DNA of 32,000 bases from the NCBI RefSeq assembly GCF_001457615.1, contig NZ_LN831024.1, forward strand, positions 1,320,001 through 1,352,000, given 5' to 3'. The stretch comes from Pseudomonas aeruginosa. GTDB lineage: Bacteria > Pseudomonadota > Gammaproteobacteria > Pseudomonadales > Pseudomonadaceae. The position numbers and the translations under genes are program-made. Positions 29,089-32,000 of the stretch are shown piece after piece. The notes under the pieces are model-generated. The model made no database searches. It saw only the letters and a list, made by a program, of their open reading frames with translations, and was not told the origin of the DNA. Numbering within the stretch: the stretch's first letter is position 1; every line of letters starts with the position of its first letter.

Positions 29089-30184
29089 ATGGAAATCAAC
29101 CCGATCCTCAACAGCATCAAGGACCTCTCCGAGCGCACCCAGACCATTCGGGGGTATCTTTGACTACGATCAGAAGCATGATCGCCTGGTCGAAGTAAAC
29201 CGCGAGCTCGAAGACCCCAACGTCTGGAACAACCCCGAATACGCCCAGAACCTCGGCCGCGAGCGCGCCCAGCTGGCGCAGGTGGTGGAAACCCTGGACG
29301 ACCTGACCAGCGGCCTGGCCGACTCCCGCGACCTGCTGGACATGGCGGTCGAGGAAGACGACGAGGGCGCCGTCGACGACGTTGCCAACGAAGTCGAGCG
29401 TCTGCGCGAGATCCTCGAGAAGCTGGAGTTCCGCCGCATGTTCAGCGGCGAGATGGACCCGAACAACGCCTACCTGGACATCCAGGCCGGCTCCGGCGGC
29501 ACCGAGGCCCAGGACTGGGCCAACATGCTGCTGCGCATGTACCTGCGCTGGGCCGACAAGCACGGCTTCGACGCCACTATCATCGAGCTGTCCGAGGGCG
29601 AGGTCGCCGGCATCAAGGGCGCCACCGTGCACATCAAGGGCGAGTACGCCTTCGGCTGGCTGCGCACCGAGATCGGCGTGCACCGCCTGGTGCGCAAGAG
29701 TCCGTTCGACTCCGGCAACCGTCGCCACACCTCGTTCACCGCGGTGTTCGTATCGCCGGAAATCGACGACAACATCGAGATCGAGATCAACCCGGCCGAC
29801 CTGCGCATCGATACCTACCGCTCCTCCGGCGCGGGCGGTCAGCACGTGAACACCACCGATTCGGCGGTGCGGATCACCCACGTGCCGACCAATACCGTGG
29901 TGGCGTGCCAGAACGAACGCTCCCAGCACGCCAACAAGGACACCGCGATGAAGATGCTGCGGGCCAAGTTGTACGAGCTGGAAATGCAGAAGCGTACCGC
30001 CGCGTCCCAGGCCCTGGAGGACTCCAAGTCCGACATCGGCTGGGGCCACCAGATCCGCTCCTACGTGCTCGACCAGTCGCGGATCAAGGACCTGCGTACC
30101 GGTATCGAGCGCAGCGACTGCGACAAGGTGCTCGACGGCGATCTAGACGAATACCTCGAAGCCAGCCTCAAACAGGGGCTGTAA
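29089..30184 (+). CDS. prfB: Peptide chain release factor RF2, programmed +1 ribosomal frameshift: join(29089..29160,29162..30184), 364 aa
   Basis: [27 protein letters not shown]; conserved CGGGGGTATCTTTGACTACGAT shift site (SD-like GGGGG, CTT slip codon, in-frame TGA at 29161-29163). Downstream contains the tripeptide SPF and the GGQ motif ([21 protein letters not shown]). Confidence 0.97.
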
Positions 30185-30364
30185 AGCTGCTGCGCCTGGC
30201 CAGGCCGCGTTGGAAAATGGTTCGGACTGCTCGTTTTTTACGATCGTGAACTCCGTGTCCTCGCCATTTCCCGCCTTGCCTGGCCGGCGTTCGCTACGCT
30301 TTTCGCCCCTGTTGCGCAATCCGTTTCCACAGGCAAGAGAGCCTAACCAGGAACCACCAAGACC

Positions 30365-31870
30365 ATGAGCGACCAACAACTCGACCAGCACGAACTGCAA
30401 CAGGAAGAAAACAAGCTGATCGCCCAGCGCAAGGAAAAACTTGCCGCCGTGCGCGAAGCCCGGGCCATCGCCTTCCCCAACGACTTCCGCCGCGACGCCT
30501 ACTTCGCGGACCTGCAGAAACAGTACGCCGACAAGACCAAGGAAGAGCTGGAAGCCGCAGCGATCCCGGTCAAGGTGGCCGGTCGGATCATGCTCAACCG
30601 CGGTTCCTTCATCGTCCTCCAGGACAGCAGCGAGCGCCTGCAGGTCTACGTCAACCGCAAGACCCTGCCGGAAGAAACCCTGGCCGAGATCAAGACCTGG
30701 GACCTGGGCGACATCATCGGCGCCGAAGGCGTGCTGGCCCGCTCGGGCAAGGGCGACCTGTACGTCGACATGACCAGCGTGCGCCTGCTGACCAAGTCGC
30801 TGCGTCCGCTGCCGGACAAGCACCATGGCCTGACCGACACCGAGCAGCGCTACCGCCAGCGCTACGTCGACCTGATGGTCAACGAGGAAACCCGCCACAC
30901 CTTCCGCGTGCGTTCCCAGGTCATCGCCCACATCCGCCGTTTCCTCAGCGAGCGCGGTTTCCTCGAAGTGGAGACCCCGATGCTGCAGACCATCCCCGGC
31001 GGCGCCGCGGCCAAGCCGTTCGAGACCCATCACAACGCGCTGGACATGGCCATGTTCCTGCGCATCGCCCCGGAGCTGTACCTCAAGCGCCTGGTGGTCG
31101 GCGGTTTCGAGAAGGTCTTCGAGATCAACCGCAACTTCCGTAACGAAGGCGTCTCGACCCGGCACAACCCCGAGTTCACCATGCTCGAGTTCTACCAGGC
31201 CTACGCCGACTACGAAGACAACATGGACCTGACCGAGGAACTGTTCCGCGAACTGGCCCAGGCGGTACTCGGTACCACCGACGTGCCCTACGGCGACAAG
31301 GTCTTCCACTTCGGCGAGCCGTTCGTGCGCCTGTCGGTGTTCGATTCGATCCTCAAGTACAACCCGGAGATCACCGCCGCCGACCTCAACGACGTCGAGA
31401 AGGCGCGGGCCATCGCCAAGAAGGCCGGCGCCAAGGTCCTCGGCCACGAAGGCCTGGGCAAGCTGCAGGTGATGATTTTCGAGGAACTGGTGGAGCACAA
31501 GCTGGAGCAGCCGCACTTCATCACCCGCTACCCCTTCGAGGTTTCGCCGCTGGCCCGCCGCAACGACGAAGACCCGAGCGTCACCGACCGCTTCGAGCTG
31601 TTCATCGGCGGCCGCGAGATCGCCAATGCCTATTCCGAGCTGAACGACGCCGAGGACCAGGCCGAGCGCTTCATGTTGCAGGTCAAGGAGAAGGACGCCG
31701 GCGACGACGAGGCGATGCACTACGACGCCGACTTCATCAATGCCCTGGAATACGGCATGCCGCCGACCGCCGGCGAAGGCATCGGCATCGACCGCCTGGT
31801 GATGCTGCTGACCAACTCGCCGTCGATCCGCGACGTGATCCTGTTCCCGCACATGCGCCCGCAGGCCTGA
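30365..31870 (+). CDS. lysS: Lysyl-tRNA synthetase, class II (501 aa)
   Basis: [99 protein letters not shown]...[26 protein letters not shown]. Confidence 0.98.
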   Translation: MSDQQLDQHELQQEENKLIAQRKEKLAAVREARAIAFPNDFRRDAYFADLQKQYADKTKEELEAAAIPVKVAGRIMLNRGSFIVLQDSSERLQVYVNRKTLPEETLAEIKTWDLGDIIGAEGVLARSGKGDLYVDMTSVRLLTKSLRPLPDKHHGLTDTEQRYRQRYVDLMVNEETRHTFRVRSQVIAHIRRFLSERGFLEVETPMLQTIPGGAAAKPFETHHNALDMAMFLRIAPELYLKRLVVGGFEKVFEINRNFRNEGVSTRHNPEFTMLEFYQAYADYEDNMDLTEELFRELAQAVLGTTDVPYGDKVFHFGEPFVRLSVFDSILKYNPEITAADLNDVEKARAIAKKAGAKVLGHEGLGKLQVMIFEELVEHKLEQPHFITRYPFEVSPLARRNDEDPSVTDRFELFIGGREIANAYSELNDAEDQAERFMLQVKEKDAGDDEAMHYDADFINALEYGMPPTAGEGIGIDRLVMLLTNSPSIRDVILFPHMRPQA

Positions 31871-31889
31871 GCGCCGCAACAGTCCATGG

Positions 31890-31914
31890 AAAAGCCGCCT
31901 TCGGGCGGTTTTTT
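31890..31914 (+). terminator. Rho-independent terminator downstream of lysS
   Basis: AAAAGCCGCC-TTCG-GGCGGTTTTTT, GC stem with UUCG-type tetraloop and T-tract, 20 nt after the stop. Confidence 0.92.
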
Positions 31915-32000
31915 CATGGCCGCGCGGTGTCCCGGCCGCCGGGCCAGGGGCCGATAGCCGCCGATCCGCCGGCTGACCACGGAAGGTGCGGGTGGGATCG

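Noticed and set aside
30143-31879. Minus-strand ORF of 578 aa opposite lysS
   Set aside because: Antisense shadow of an essential conserved synthetase gene.
31720-31980. Minus-strand 86-aa ORF at the window end
   Set aside because: Overlaps the lysS 3' end and its terminator on the opposite strand; no RBS or domain evidence.

Overview
This window looks like ordinary Pseudomonas aeruginosa core chromosome (about PA3726 to PA3700 in PAO1 order). No CRISPR array, phage, transposon, tRNA, rRNA or obvious defence island is visible. In order it carries: the 3' end of a YaeQ-family gene, recJ, lasB (with a LasR box), an OYE-family FMN oxidoreductase, a small hypothetical, nalC / PA3720-like / armR, an MFS transporter behind a SoxR-box-like palindrome, an FKBP-type PPIase, a WG-repeat lipoprotein, a conserved hypothetical, an RcsB-like response regulator, spdH, a DUF533/YebE-like gene, a LysR/GMC-oxidoreductase divergent pair, an MHS-family MFS transporter, the complete wspABCDEFR chemosensory/c-di-GMP cluster, prfB with its programmed +1 frameshift, and lysS. 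The points most worth a second look are: (1) wspE is frameshifted between its CheA-like/CheW-like part and its C-terminal receiver domain; (2) armR (53 aa) is absent from the supplied ORF track but intact; (3) a perfect RcsB-box-like palindrome lies upstream of an RcsB-like regulator gene; (4) a 20-bp operator-like inverted repeat nested in GGGAGA/TCTCCC arms lies before the small gene at 5232; (5) there are nested palindromes at the nalC/PA3720 divergent promoter; (6) the SoxR-like box precedes the MFS gene. I found no convincing previously undescribed system.
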